This document shows positions 6,961 through 21,794 of a DNA stretch of 64,000 nt, in pieces. The first letter of the stretch is position 1. Each line of letters starts with the position of its first letter. The DNA is taken from NCBI RefSeq assembly GCF_964355755.1, contig NC_092679.1, positions 19,513,432 through 19,577,431 of the forward strand, given 5' to 3'. Both the position numbers and the translations under genes were made by a program. Below the pieces are notes generated by a model, which searched no databases, was not told where the DNA came from, and worked only from the letters and a program-made list of their open reading frames with translations. The DNA is from Antedon mediterranea (lineage: Eukaryota; Animalia; Echinodermata).

Positions 6961-9900
6961 GTATCTGGGTTGTCTGAGCTAATTCCGGCGCTTTGCGAAG
7001 CTGAACTGAACATTTCGCAATGTCGACGGTGGCGCCTTCATGTGTCCATGTTAGAGAAGCTTTCCTGTCTTCCCAAGTGTCTTACAAGTGATCAAATTTA
7101 TAGTAAATTTATTCCAATTGTAACGAAGCATATTACAATGCATGTAAGTAGTTTCAAAGTATAATACAGCTGTCTCATTTGTCTTTGTGTCCAATGGCTA
7201 GCTATGGTTAGCTACCATGGTCTTTGTGTCCAATGGTTAGCTATGGTTAGCTACCATGGTCTTTGTGTCCAATGGCTAGCTATGGTTAGATACCATGGTC
7301 TTTGTGTCCAATGGTTAGCTATGGTTAGCTACCATGGTCTTGTGTCCAATGGTTAGCTGTGGTTAGCTACCATGGTCTTTGTGTCCAATGGTTAGCTACT
7401 ATGGTCTTTGTGTCCAATGGCTAGCTATGGTTAGCTACCATGGTCTTTGTGTCCAATGGTTAGCTATGGTTAGCTACCATGGTCTTTGTGTCCAATGGTT
7501 AGCTGTGGTTAGCTACCATGGTCTTTGTGTCCAATGGTTAGCTATGGTTAGCTACCATGGTCTTTGTGTCCAATGGTTAGCTACCATGGTCTTTGTGTCC
7601 AATGGTTAGCTACCATAGTCTTTGTGTCCAATGGTTAGCTACCATGGTCTTTGTGTCCAATGGATAGCTACCATGGTCTTTGTGTCCAATGGTTAGCTAC
7701 CATGGTATTTGTGTCCAATGGTTAGCTACCATGGTCTTTGTGTCCAATGGTTAGCTACCATGGTCTTTGTGTCCAATGGTTAGCTACCATGGTCTTTGTG
7801 TCCAATGGCTAGCTACCATGGTCTTTGTGTCCAATGGCTAGCTACCATGGTCTTTGTGTCCAATGGTTAGCTACCATGGTCTTTGTGTCCAATGGTTAGC
7901 TATGGTTAGCTACCATGGTCTTTGTGTCCAATGGTCAGCTACCATGGTCTTTGTGTCCAATGGTTAGCTACCATGGTCTTTGTGTCCAATGGTTAGCTAC
8001 CATGGTCTTTGTGTCCAATGGTTAGCTACCATGGTCTTTGTGTCCAATGGTTAGCTACCATGGTCTTTGTGTCCAATTGTTAGCTACCATGGTCTTTGTG
8101 TCCAATGGTTAGCTACCATGGTCTTTGTGTCCAATGGTTAGCTACCATGGTCTTTGTGTCCAATGGTTAGCTACCATGGTCTATGTGTCCAATGGTTAGC
8201 TACCATGGTCTTTGTGTCCAATGGTTAGCTACCATGGTCTTTGTGTCTAATGATTAGCTACCATGGTCTTTGTGTCCAATGGTTAGCTACCATGGTCAAT
8301 GTGTCCAATGGTTAGCTACCATGGTCTATGTGTCCAATGGTTAGCTACCATGGTCTTTGTGTCCAATGGTTAGCTACCATGGTCTATGTGTCCAATGGTT
8401 AGCTACCATGGTCTTTGTGTCATATGGTTTAGTTACCATGGTCTTTTTTTTTTCCAATGGTTAGCTACCATGATTCCACCTACCCATAATGAAATATATG
8501 CTATGCATATATTTTTATGCACTGGACCTTTTATCCTAGAAGACTAAAACTATCAGCGAGGAGAGCCTTTCCTGGACCGATTTTACGACTAGGTTCTCAC
8601 ATGCTATTCCCTTACCATTATGTCATATACATTCTAAAAATTGTCTGGTCCTTACCTTAATAACTGAGAAATAGTTGAGATCTTAAGCTCTGTCTACACT
8701 ATCAAAGTTTATGTGACAGGAAAGTGTGATGTGCCCAAATATGGTAGTGATCTGACATCATTGTGTCCATATCACATCACATTTTTTTGTCTAATAAAAT
8801 GTAATAGTGTAGAGAGAGCTTAAGTCATGAGTCTAAATATTTCTTGTCTTTTGCAGAGAGTTCTTCCGGTGAAGCGTGCTGCTGTAAGGACATTGTGTGT
8901 ATTTATGAGATACAACAGAAAACAAGAACACAGGCAAGAGATATGTAGTAGACTAATACAAGGTAAAAAATGCAGCAATTTATATGCTAATTCTTGTAAT
9001 ATACGGACTTCCAAGTGTCTATTCTTATATTGCAAGACTAGAACTTTTTTAGAAGCGGCTTATAATGTAATCTCATCACTGATACAATAATTATTGTTTT
9101 CATTTTACAGAGAATATAGTAGAGCCTTCAGAGGAGACCTTCGTGCCTCCTTAAATGTTTCGGCGTTGGATGTTGTGTTAAAATATATTATATTTTTTGG
9201 GAAAGTGTCCCCTTAATAGGAGTGTAGGTGAATAAAATTGCCCGTAGTCTTAAAATATATTTCCCTTCGTCATCATTTGATAGGAGGGTGTCCCTTTTTA
9301 AAGTTTTATTCACTAATATTTTTCTTTGTGTTTTTTCTAGCCTGCTGTCACTCTAAATCATGTACATATAGGATGCTTTTCATTGATGTTTGCCAGGATA
9401 TCATGGAGTTTTTCTCCAAGGCTTATTTCAAAGATAATTTGTATGAATTTGTATTAGAATTAGCTGAGGATCCTGTTCCCAATGTTAGGTAAGATTACAC
9501 TACACTATCAAACTATATGTGATGCTCTCATATATAGACATGATGATGTCATATCACTACCATATTTGGGAATATCAGTACCATATTTGGGCACACTTTA
9601 TATATAAATTATACTAGTTTGATGTAGACAGAGCTGTTTCTGCTACAAAATATTACCCAAAATGCAATGTGCTCAAACATCCAAGATGAGTAGTTGCCTT
9701 AAGGTCAACAGGGGTGAATAAAATCTTTATATTGCATTGCAGCTAAAACTTACATAGCCCTAACAGGTTAAATGGCATTCAAACACCCAAAAAATTTGTG
9801 TTTTTAACCGTTGTTTTGAGAATGTCATTTAACTTTTTTTTTTTCCTGTTTCTGCTATTGCGAAATTTGGGATAATTTAATAATTGGTTATATATTCGCA

Positions 9901-12900
9901 GCAGAAACAAGCAAAATGTTGTTGCTTAATATGATTACTACACAATTTCATGTTCATAATTATTAATATTTTACAGTTTAAAATTCTGCACAATCTTGCC
10001 TATGTTAATTTATTTTACCTGGTTAAATGATAGTGATTGTTTGCAACAGAAATAGGCCAAATGTCGTTATTTGTACTGTGTTTATTCAATATATTACACA
10101 ATTTCATATTCATGACTTATAACATATATTTACATATGTTTACAGGTTAAAATTCTGCACAATCTTGCCTATGTTAAAGTCTCAAATGAAGTTACCTAAG
10201 GATCGACAGATGCTACAAGATTTGGAGTACATGGCAAGGAAGCTAATGCTACAAGAAAACGACAGGGACGTCAAATCCGCAATTAGAAATGTAGGTTACA
10301 TATTTACAAAATAAATCATACTATACTAAATTCCCATGGTCCTGGGTTCAAATCCCATCCTCAGCAAAACAACTCCACTTGAAGAATAAAGCTCTGTCTA
10401 CACTATCAAACTAGTTTGACAAAAAAAAGTGTGATGTGCCCAAATATGGTAGTGATATGCTCAAATATGGTAGTAATATGACATCATCATGTCCATACAT
10501 TTTTTTGTGACATAAAGTTTGATAGAGTTTTAATAGTAATTTATAAACTACGGACAGAATGCGAAATACTATTTTTAATCATGAGAATTATCCAAGTTAC
10601 GATTGGAATTGAACCAATGCCCTCAGATTCTTTAACAAGAAGCTGACTGGTAACCTTATGTGCATACATTATGAACAAATTGTCGTATGCGAGTGGACGG
10701 TTGAGTAGTTTTTTCGTTGAGTACTTCTTTAACGGAGTATTTTGAGCATTGAGATTGTTCTTAACGAAAAAGCTTTCGTTGTCAACGTTTTCTATTCGAA
10801 TGACTTTCTGTTGAGCACAAATTTACAATTCGAATACAAAAAGTACTCAGCGAATCTTTACGTTGACAACGAAAGTTCCCAATCGAATACGACAATTGAT
10901 AACATTTATTTCACTTTTTCCATAAAACATTTTGTGCTTGAAATAAAATGAAAGTACAATTGATCAAAAGTAATAAAGAAATAATAAATAATAGATAAAT
11001 GAGAAAAATTACAATTGTATTTTTATGATTTAATGAGTAAATAGAATTATAGCCTTGCAATTCTGAAGTATTTTTAGTATTTATGTTACTCTATGTATTA
11101 AAATCAAATTCATTAAAATACCGGTTTTCTTATTTCCATTTTAGGCTTCATTCGAATTGGATAAAATTCAAGTTGTTATGGAATCTGTAAGTATTTTACA
11201 CCATGTCAATTTAAGATTAAAACAACTGTTTCAAACCATATTATATTTTTACCATAGATCGGATACATTATACATTTAACATTATTCAAATATTAATATT
11301 TGTAATCTTTTTGGGGTTTTTCGCAGCTTACAAAGCCGGGAACAGAACATGATATTTTAGATCAGCGTAAAGAAGAAGAAGAAAAAAAGATTTTAGAATT
11401 AGAAAAACGAGAACTAGAGGAAAAAGAGCAAGCGCCAAGTAAACCTGGTGCTCCTTCCAAAACCGACCGTAAAAAACCCAACAGCGCAAATATTACAGAA
11501 TCCAAGCTTTCAACTAAACGAAATACTGGTAAATAATCTTTAACAATGAAAATTGGCATTTAAAATTAATTAAATTATTGTGGCATTAAAAAAACTTTTT
11601 ATTGTGATTATTAATAATAATTTTGTGTCCATTAATAATAATATATACTGGATTTATAAAGCACCTAATGTTGTGAAACCTCTAAGCGCTGTACATGTTA
11701 TTACATTACATTGTTTAAAAACCTTTTGAGCACAACACTGTGTATTATAGTATGAATCATGGTTTCAACTCTTAGTGTTTTTGTCTACATGATGATTGAA
11801 AATGTTTGTTAATTTCGGCATTTGCTAGGCTCTAAAACAAATAAGACAACAAGTTCAACTAGTAAGAAGAATGCAACCTCATCTATCCTGCCTGGTCCTC
11901 CACCTCACCACACCTCAGCAAAAGGTAAATAGAACAGCATTCTCACTATGTCATCATATGGAATAAGTCTTTCTTTTTCCAAAATGAATGGCTTTAAAAC
12001 TGGAAATCCATTGTACACATCTGGCTTGTGTGAACTTTAAAGAGCCTAATGAATCTTTCCAAAAAAAACGTTTTTGGTTACCCCTGTTGTACTGGTCCAT
12101 CTTAACCTGTTTATGGTAGGCACTGTACTGTGGCTGCCATGTGTCCGTAGAAGACCTAATCCAAATGTCCTCATTTAGCATGAATATTATGAAACTAAAA
12201 AATCAAACAAATTGTATATACTATTTCGTTTTAGCTTCTAAGACTACAAAGTCAACTGTGAAAGCACACACCAACTCATCGCTCTCGTCCAAGTCGGCTG
12301 GTAACCGTGGTCGCAAATCTCCAACGCATGCCGAAAACAACAATATAGAATCACCAACTGGAAAGTAAGTCAATTATGTTTTATCAAACAAAATGTCTTT
12401 TTAAGGAATCCAAATTTTGCCAAATTTATACCTCATTAAAGTTTTATCTACACTATCAAATTGTTATGTGACAAAAAATGTGATGTGCCTTTATATATGG
12501 ACATGATGATGTCATATCTCCACCATATTTAGGCATATCACTACCATATTTAGCCTGGCCACAGCTGTTTCCAATATTAAAGTAGCAAAAAGGATTATCA
12601 TTTTTACATATAAAACTATATCTCTCGTATGTATATTAATACTATATATTGTATTATTGATTATTTTGCTGTATGTAAATTAATTAATAATAGTGTTTTT
12701 ATGAAGTGGTATGAATACTAAATTAATATGTTGTGTGGAGTGTTGAGTAAAGTAAATATGTTTGTACCGAGTGTTGATTGAAGATTAATAGTAGGTTGAT
12801 ATTAGGTTATATATAATAATTAAAAATTGCGTTATAACTTAAAAATTCATTTGCAAAAACATTTTATCGATTCATTGTTTGAAATGAAAAAAGAATGTAT

Positions 12901-15900
12901 TATATACCGTAAATTGTAATGTAAATGTTAATATTTGTTTGTCTTTTCTGTACAATAGAAATATGTGTAATATTATATAGTGTACATATTGCATTTTGGT
13001 AGGCATACATATATATCCCTGCATTAAATGTATCTTCTCCTTATCTGCACTTTCAGCATCCTTTCTAATTTATCATAATTATCACTATTACCAATATCAT
13101 CAATATACCATCATCCTTATACCAAAACCACTGCCACCAGAATGCCATTAACACCACTACCACAATATACCATCCTCATTATCATCATCAGTATACCATT
13201 ATCATTATCTGACATTAGTACATTATTATACCCACATCATTACCACCAGAACACCGTTATAGGATAGAAACAAACCATCATCATTAGTATACTATCATCA
13301 GTATACCATCATCATTATACCATCATCATTATACCATCATCATATACCAACACTAATACCTACCACCAGAACACCATTGTTGTACCAATACTAATACGAA
13401 TATACCATCATCATCATCAGTATACCATCATCATTATAGCAACATCACTACCGCCATACCACCATTATTATACCAACACTAACTATCACTAATAAACCAT
13501 CATCATCATTAGTATACCATCATTACTATACCAACACCACTACCACCATTGTTATACCAACACTACTATCACCAATATATCATCATTATCATCAGTATAC
13601 CATCATCCTTGTACCAACACCACTACCACCAGAACACCACCATTATACCAACACTACTGATACCAAAATACCATCATTATCATCAGTATACCATCATCCT
13701 TGTACCAACACCACTACCACCAGAACACCACTATTATACCAACACTACTTATACCAATATACCATCATTATCATTATCATCAGTATATTATCATCCTTGT
13801 ATCAACACCACTACCACCAGAACACCACTATTATACCAACACTACTGATAACCAATATATCATCATTATCATCAGCATACCATCATCCTTGTACCAACAC
13901 CACTACCACCAGAACACCACTATTATACCAACACTACTGATACCAATATATCATCATTATCATCAGTATACCATCATCCTTGTACCAACACTACTACCAC
14001 CAGAACACCACTATTATACCAACACTACTTATACCAATATACCATCATTATCATTATCATCAGTATATTATCATCCTTGTACCAACACCACTACCACCAG
14101 AACACCACTATTATACCAACACTACTTATACCAATATACCATCATTATTATTACTATCACTATACCATTATCATTAAGGTCATAATTACTATCATGTTGA
14201 TCACCAATAGTATCATCCTCTCTAAAGCTCTGTCTACACTATCAAACTTTATGTGATGTGTCCATATATGGACATGATGATCACTACCATATTTGGGCAT
14301 ATCACTACCATATATAGGCACACCACATTTTTTTCACTAGTTTGATAGTGTAGACAGAGCTTTAAATTCAAACCCAAAGTTTCAAATGGTGATATGTATG
14401 TGTTCGTATTTGTGTGTCTTGCTACTCAAATTTGTATCCCTAATCTTGTGAAGATATTTTGCATTTTGTATACGTTTCTCTATAGCTCATGTATTTGCAT
14501 TTTCAGCAACAGAAGAAGGGCTGGTTCGGAAGGCCTGATTTATCCACCGCCCTCTATTTCCAACAGGTCAACCACGTGACTTGAACTTCATTTATTAGCT
14601 TATCACGTCGTATAATTAAATTCACTATATAACATGTGTGCTGTGTTTTAATATCACAATTTTGAAAAAGAGTTGGTACAGAAACAAAAGCCATAAATTT
14701 ATGCTTAAATTTTATAGAAAAACCTACATAATGTAAACACATTTTACCACCAAGGCATTTTATTTACTTTTAATACTTATGTGTGATGTGTGAGATTACA
14801 ATACTTTACACAATACTAACTCATGTTTAATTAATATATATATATTACAATTAATATTACAGATCAATTTTCATTTATTTATGATAATTTTATGCTTTTG
14901 AAATTTATTTTTAGTCATATTATAATGTGTTAGCATTTGAAAGTACAAGGGCAAAACATACAGTAGAACACTTATTAAGTGTCCAGGCAGGTGTCCCTGA
15001 ATAGGTTTGAGAGTAGTGTTAAAAGACACATTGACCCTTTATTTCATGAGCCAGTGTCCCCTTAATAGGTGTGTCACTTTAATAGTGTCGACCATACTGT
15101 TAAGACACATTGGCCCCTAAATAGGCCCAGGGATTTCCTAAAGGAGTCATCATAATGTGACTTATATTATCCATGTAATAAAATTGTTTACTGTTAAACA
15201 GTATTCATATATACAATTGCACTGCATTATAGTATTACAGTTTAATATAGTAGACTTGTGCACTCATTTTATGTGTATATATATATTTGCATACATTAGT
15301 GACATTTCACTGAATGATATATATTGAATGTAATTTGTGTGTATTATATTGGAACGCAATGGTTTTCACTACCATCGTTATCACCATATCATTATCACCA
15401 TATCATCACTTGCCTCGACCAAGACCACTACCATAAACATTGTCATCATCATTGTAAATCATTATTAATTATCAGGACCGTCAATATTGTCTACAATAAT
15501 ACTATCACCATTATAATACCCAGTATATTATCACTTTTTATCATATTTCATCACCATCACATGTATAAATTATTATTATGTCACCGTGACAATTTACTAA
15601 CATTTGCTGTTTTAATTAATCCCATTTTATAATTTTAAACTTTACATTAATTCTTCATTTTCAGGTTAAGAAAAGTTTCAGATGTAGGAGTGCGCAGAGT
15701 GGCTAGTAGTAGCCCAGTACAAGGTATTGTTTAAATTTAATAACTGTATAATGCTTTGTCCACACTATCAAACAAGTGTGATGTTCCGAAATAGGGTACT
15801 GATATGCCCAAATATGGTAGTGATATGACATCATCATGTCCATATATGGGCACATCACATTTTTTTGTCACAAAGTTTGATAGTGTAGATAGAGCTTAAC

Positions 15901-17073
15901 ACAAATCGTCTTTAACTATACTTTTTCTTTTTAACAATTAGAAGCAAAATGTAATATATTATATATTGTTTGATAAAAAAATATAAATCTTGTATAATAT
16001 AATATTAGTAGTTCAATATACAAATATATATTTAGTATAATAATATCAATAAAGATATAGTGTATATTTGTTATTAATAATCAATAGTATGTTTTTAATT
16101 GTTATAATTTTGTGTTGCAAAATAATATTAATATTTAATAGGAAAATCATAAATTTTATATACTGTAATTAATGTCTATTTTTTCTTCAAGCTTCAGGAC
16201 AACCAAAGCTTACTTCATGTCGTTTAATTTATACAAATTATCACATAAAATAATGTTAATAAATAAAAATAATGCTATATTATTAATAAATAACATTAAC
16301 AAATATTTATATTCAATTGTATTATGTATTTGTATTGATAGAATAGAGTAATAATTGATTTATTCTTTGTGGGATTCTATTGGCTACTAACCTTCTTACC
16401 TCTTGAAACAGGTCTCCCTCAACGTAATAGTTCAGCTTCTTCTGTTTCGAGTACAAGCTCACGTAAATCTACTCACAATGTGTCCACAACAAAGTCGTAA
16501 GTCTGTTACCGTGTGTTTCTTGTTTATGTTGTTCTAATATAATTATACTTGTAAACATATTATAATGCTTGGTTCACTGTAAATGTAATATGAATAATGA
16601 CTCCATTTTGTGTCCGATTTATCAGTAAACAACAGTAGGTAGTTGACTGTTTTCCTCTTTAACAATAGAGATGTAACTAAAATATATTACAGTTCAGTGA
16701 ACACATAATTCAAGTTTTGTCATAATGTAGAGTTGTGACTTGGTGGTTATGATGCTTGGCTACCAATCACAGGGTCTTGGGTTCAAGTCCTGTCATATAT
16801 CAGATTTTTTTTCTAATGAAAAATTACAACTCCACTCCCAAAGACTTATAATAAGACTTTGTTTATGTAGAGCATCTTGTGTATATGTTTGTCTTGTGAA
16901 TGGGATTGCCACCTTTAAGAAGGATAGTGTATGGTTATCCTTGCCAATTTGCCTAAATAGATAAAAACAAAACAAAAAATTAAAAAATGTGAACATCAAA
17001 ATTGGTCAGCAATTTATTTATCTGTATTTGTTTTGGTTTTTTTTCGACCAGGAAAAAGAGTAGCAAAACGTAG
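6961..17073 (+). CDS. PPP4R4: Serine/threonine-protein phosphatase 4 regulatory subunit 4, 3' part (spliced; 5' exons upstream of window)
   Basis: Phase-consistent GT-AG exons: 6961-7143, 8857-8962, 9341-9488, 10146-10290, 11145-11186, 11327-11528, 11829-11924, 12235-12364, 14507-14566, 15665-15723, 16412-16496, 17052-17073 (TAG). Peptides LIPAL..SDQIY, VLPVKRAAVRTLCVFMRYNRKQE, ELAEDPVPNVR, LKSQMKLPKD recall vertebrate PPP4R4. Exons of the Ser/Lys-rich tail are less certain. Confidence 0.9.
7181..8472. repeat. Intronic minisatellite, 29-bp unit GGTCTTTGTGTCCAATGGTTAGCTACCAT with 39-bp variant
   Basis: About 40 head-to-tail copies with no spacers. Confidence 0.97.
8686..8820. mobile_element. 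PIF/Harbinger-like MITE, family A (AGCTCTGTCTACACTATCAAAC...GTTTGATAGTGTAGACAGAGCT)
   Basis: TIRs flanked by TTA/TAA. About 16 full or partial copies near 8686, 9497, 10390, 12440, 14226, 15753, 20590, 21795, 24770, 34455, 35930, 36760, 49994, 54458, 57129, 59631. Confidence 0.85.
13075..14180. repeat. Degenerate CAT/CAC/TAC-rich tandem repeat with longer recurring blocks
   Basis: Recurrent ACCAACACCACTACCACCAGAACACC and ATACCATCATTATCATCAGT blocks. Confidence 0.9.
14226..14361. mobile_element. MITE family A copy
   Basis: Both TIRs intact; TAA/TTA flanks. Confidence 0.85.
16727..16965 (+). mobile_element. tRNA-derived SINE-like fragment
   Basis: A-box-like GACTTGGTGG and B-box-like GGTTCAAGTCC; body shared with 62224-62420 (ACTCCACTCC..CCACCTTTAAGAAG..TTATCCTT..CAATTTGCCT). 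Confidence 0.6.
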
Positions 17074-19970
17074 CAGTAGGTTCCTTAGCTACGAGCACCA
17101 ATATGGATGGACCCCGAAAAATACATCAACTGGTTGAAGAAGGCAACAAAGTAGTTGTAGAACACAACAACCTAGAATTACATTAAAAGAATGCCACCAG
17201 CAAAAGATGGTGAACCAAATGATGTAAATGCTCAAATGGCAGCTTGAAGGTTGGGGATTTATGCAAAGACAGCTGACTGTGAATATGGTAGAATCAAGAT
17301 GTTGGACTTTGACTGTGAAGATGGTGGATTCAAGTTCTCTTTTTAATAAAATACATTTTGATTGATATGTTATCGAGAAAAAAAATAGGTTGCCATCAGT
17401 TGAATATGGCAACCATGGGAGGATGGCACATCAAGTGTACAAGAACTGGAGTTGCCAACATTTAGTGAGTGACATCATACAGATCAACTACTGCATGAAC
17501 TTGGTCTGGTGCTACAATAAAGACTCGCTCTTAACTTGGTCAGGTGCTACACACATGCTGAAGATATCTTCCGTGTTCACACTCTTCAACGACAACCATA
17601 TGATGTTTTGTCCATGTTCTTCTGTGAAGGAGTATTTATTTAACAGACCAGCTTCGTTGCTAACAAATGGTTTACTTCATAGTATAGACTCAACCTAATG
17701 GATGTAGTGCAGTGGTGTATTACAGGGTGCATAACATACATTTAAATAACAGACACAAAAATAGAATTCAGTTATTACGTATATATAACGTTCACTTCAA
17801 ATTGTGATTTTAAATTTAATTATTTGTAAGTCTTTATTTTAAAGAAGGTGCTTCGTCTCCCTCACCACCGTATTAGGAAGCTTTCGAAATGAGCGACACG
17901 GCATCAGAACTTTCACAGACTGTTGAACAGGCATCGCGTCTTGTCCAATCCGTATCTCTATTTCCCTAATGTTAATACAAGATGCTCCTTTGCATTGATA
18001 ATTAAAAAAATATATTTAAATGTTTATTCCCTCCTAATGTACACATTATTTTTATTGATTTATAACAATTTCTAATTGATATTAATTGGTGCGGCTTCCA
18101 TGATAGATATTTTGATACATATACATGGTGCTCTGGCAAGCCAACAGAATGTTTTTAATTAATAACAATTTTATAAAAGAATATAACTTGCACGATTATA
18201 TAAATTTGGCTTCCAAAAATTTCAATTTTTATCTGTCAAATTAGTTTATTTCATTTCTCCTTCTTTCACTTTTCATGCATGATTTTTTTTATCAAAAACT
18301 TGTGGTATGTCCAATTTATTGTATGAAAAATATCGGGATATGAACCAGCGACCTCACGCTTGCAGGTTGCAGGTATCATATTTGTACCATAATAGAGATA
18401 ACAAACATACAGAATATCCATGCTGACAAACGAATGATCCAATTTTAACATCAAGTTGTAGATTGAATGGATTGAGCATGTGCAGATGTGTGTTACGCCC
18501 TACTGCCTTCTGTAGTGTATTTGGATATTAAACTCCAATTAAAAATCGTACAAACATGAAAACATACAGTTTAAGAAAGAAGAAGGAACTTATGTTGTAT
18601 AAACAATTAATGGCCGTGATTCAGATTATATAGAATGTTTAAAAATATCAAACCTTGACAAATGTTTTCTAACTACACCTTTGCAAAGCCAAAAATAAAA
18701 TGTGTAATGTTACTTATTACTATTTATTTATTTTTATTGATAAATACACAATCTAATATTAATATTATTTAATGAGTATAGGATTTTTATTTATTTCTTG
18801 TTTATTTAATCTTATTTTATATGGTCAACTCTTAAACTTTCCAAAATTATTAATCTGAAAAAATAATTTTCAATAAACCAGACATAGACTATGGATATCT
18901 GGGTTTTAAGAAGTTGACCTGTCATAATGATAAATATCTATTCTGTGACAATGTTTAGAAAATGACTATAGATCTGTTCATTGTGATGATGTCACAATAC
19001 CATGTGATCAAAACTTGTTCTTTATGTAAATGTAAAATTGATACTTTATATTACTGTTACTGAATCAATTATTTTGTATTTTATGTACAATCTTCTTTTA
19101 AATTATTAAGTTTTAAAACATAAAATTCCTGAAAGCTGAGCTAAGCTTGAGTAGATTATGAAATCACTGGTGGGTAACAACTGCTTTGGTGTCTGTTGAC
19201 AACAAATAGAGTCACATGGTACTATGATGTCATATGATTTTGATTTATTTATATTAAGATGTTTTGTTATTAGATTACAAAATTTAGATGTTTGTAAATT
19301 GTTTGTTAATTTATATAGTTTCAATCTCAATTAATTATTGTTGTATGCCTTTAATATTATATGTGCAATAATTTAACCATTGATGAATCATTTAGTTACG
19401 TCCAAAAAGTATTCATACATAAACAAAAGACCCTCCAATTAAAAACCACTTTCATCATCACTAACAACCCACCTCCAAAAAGAGTTTTCGCCATTTTGCC
19501 TTTTAATGTCAGTGATTTTGACTTTACATGCATGTATGTTCCATAACTAAAAAAACAGCTGAGTGTTGTGTTTGCTATGAAAATAATGTCCAATTGGGAG
19601 ATTATATGAATTATGAGTTTCTTTGATATGTTGGGGGTAGGGGGATTCGATTTGATTTTAGTTCAAAATTCATACCAAATCACTCACTAAACTTTCTGTG
19701 TAGAAATACATCACAAAACATGGTACGCATTTATACTATTATGAAGAGAAAATATATATATTCATAAAGAATACTGCTGGTGCTCAACAGCTTATCAATA
19801 TTGTTGTAGTGTCTGGACAGAAAAGTGTGTAAAATGTGTGTGATAAAATAGGACATGCAATTATGCTTGTGTACTGTATACATTCAGTAAAAATGTTATT
19901 CGATTTAGAAACTTTTCCAAAAGCCCTTTTCCTCATTCATTACATCCTTATACCTTTATCTTGATATAGA

Positions 19971-20430
19971 GTAGAAAACCCTCCTTTGGGGACATCCCTA
20001 TTCATGGCACAGGGATATCCTTATTCAGGGGACAGGGACATCCCTATTCAGGGGACAGGGACGTCCCTATTCAGGGGACAGGGACATCCCTATTCATGGC
20101 ACAGGGACTTCCCTATTCCGAAGACAGGGGCACAAAAATTCAGGGGACAGAGACATCCCTATTCAGGGGACAGGGACATCCTTTATCCGGGAACAGGGAC
20201 ATCCCTATTCCTGGGACAGGAACATCCTTTTTTTTGGGAACAGGGACACCCCTATTCCGGGAAACAGGGACATCCCTATCCAGAGTACAGGAACATCCCT
20301 ATCCAGGGTACAGGAACATCCCTATCCAGGGTACAGGAACATCCCTATTCAGGGTACAGGAACATTCCTATTAAGGAGACACTTTCTTGGGTCCTGAAGG
20401 TGTCCTTTTCATAGGATTTCTACTGTATTT
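19971..20430. repeat. ~20-bp minisatellite (GGGACAGGGACATCCCTATTCA) inside a degenerate MITE-like shell
   Basis: About 19 units; the right end GGTCCTGAAGGTGTCC..TTCTACTGTA resembles the end at 21280-21318. Confidence 0.85.
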
Positions 20431-20948
20431 TGGATTTCTACTGTATTTTGGATTAAGCGTTTTTATCATTGTTAACATAGATGAACACAGTATCTAAGAT
20501 TTTAGAAGTATTAACAACCAGATTTTTAAGAATATATTAATCTAATTTATTTTTCTGCAACATTTGTAGTATACTTAATTTGACAAATCCACCCTACACT
20601 ATCAAACTAGACAAAAAAAGTGTGATGTGCCCAAATATGGTAGTGATATGAGGTCATCATGTCCATATATGGGCACATCACATTAACTTTGAAAGTGTAG
20701 ACTGAGCTTAAACCAGCCATTTTTAACAGATATAGAATAAGATTCTGTTTAGAACATAGAACACAATTGGTTTTTAATTAGTAAAAGCAAGTCACTGTTT
20801 CATCAACATCTTATTGTGTACAGAGACAGTATCTTGGTCTAGATAATTATTGTCATTTTAAAAGAGCTTGATTATTCTCGCAGTTGTTGTAAATAAATGT
20901 TGTAAAAATGTAGTAATTGATTTATTAGATTGTTCTTGGGTTTTCTTA

Positions 20949-21091
20949 AAGAGTCTTTCACACCTGTTCCAGGCACGGTTCCGGTCTGGCGCCGGCAAGT
21001 CAAAAGGAACGCCAAACGTTTTCTATGCTATGCGGCAATCGATTTGATTTGCCAGTACAGGACCTGTGCTGGAACAGATGTGAAAGAGCCT
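20949..21091. mobile_element. Harbinger-like MITE
   Basis: TCTTTCACACCTGTTCCAG ... CTGGAACAGATGTGAAAGA inverted ends with TAA-like flanks. Confidence 0.65.
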
Positions 21092-21794
21092 TAACTGTTT
21101 TTCGTAAATAGGGTGCATGGAATAAATTAGGTCTGTATAGAGTAGTGTAGTTAATGTAGTGTAACTCTTCCTTTGGGTTGACACTCCTATTTCACTTCAT
21201 TGTGAAATGAACAAGTACCAATACATGTTTTAAACACTGCACCAACCCACTATTTAGGGGACACATATAAAGGTTGGTGGGTCCTGAAGGTGTCCCCTTA
21301 ATAGGGGTTCCACTGTATTCGCTTTGCCGAACCTTGTCCAATGACCAACAGTACGTACAATATTTCCCTTAGCCAAGTGAATATGGCCACTGGTCATCAC
21401 AAATCAAAAAGGGGTGGTGTTCTAGGAATGACTTCGCAGTCCTAGTCGATGGAAAGTCTGTTCTGAATCTAGTTTGTGATTTTGATTAAAAAGGACAGAA
21501 CAATAATAATTACTGAACCATTTGCGTATAATAATTTAAGTTGAATTTAATAATTTCTAAATTATAAAATACAAAAGATAACAATATAAATTATATAATG
21601 TATAAATTTAAAAACTAGTACAGTAGAAATCTACTTATTATGGTGGATCCATACATTTCAGATACAGTATTTTAATTTTTTTGATTTTAATCAGATTATC
21701 ATCTTGTCAAAAATACAATCACATATGTTTATCTAAAGTTTTTTATATTAATAATAATGATTTAGTAATGATTATTTAGTACTTTCATTTCTTA

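Noticed and set aside
7181-8472. CRISPR-like appearance of 29-44 bp repeats (also 32618 and 43536)
   Set aside because: Head-to-tail units without unique spacers, no cas genes, eukaryotic context.
13549-14185. His/Tyr/Thr-rich ORFs
   Set aside because: Translations of an intronic low-complexity repeat.
17089-17698. ~100-aa ORFs on both strands after the PPP4R4 stop
   Set aside because: No motifs or splice support; most likely 3' UTR.
19986-20414. Repetitive ORFs GTGTSLF...
   Set aside because: Minisatellite translation.
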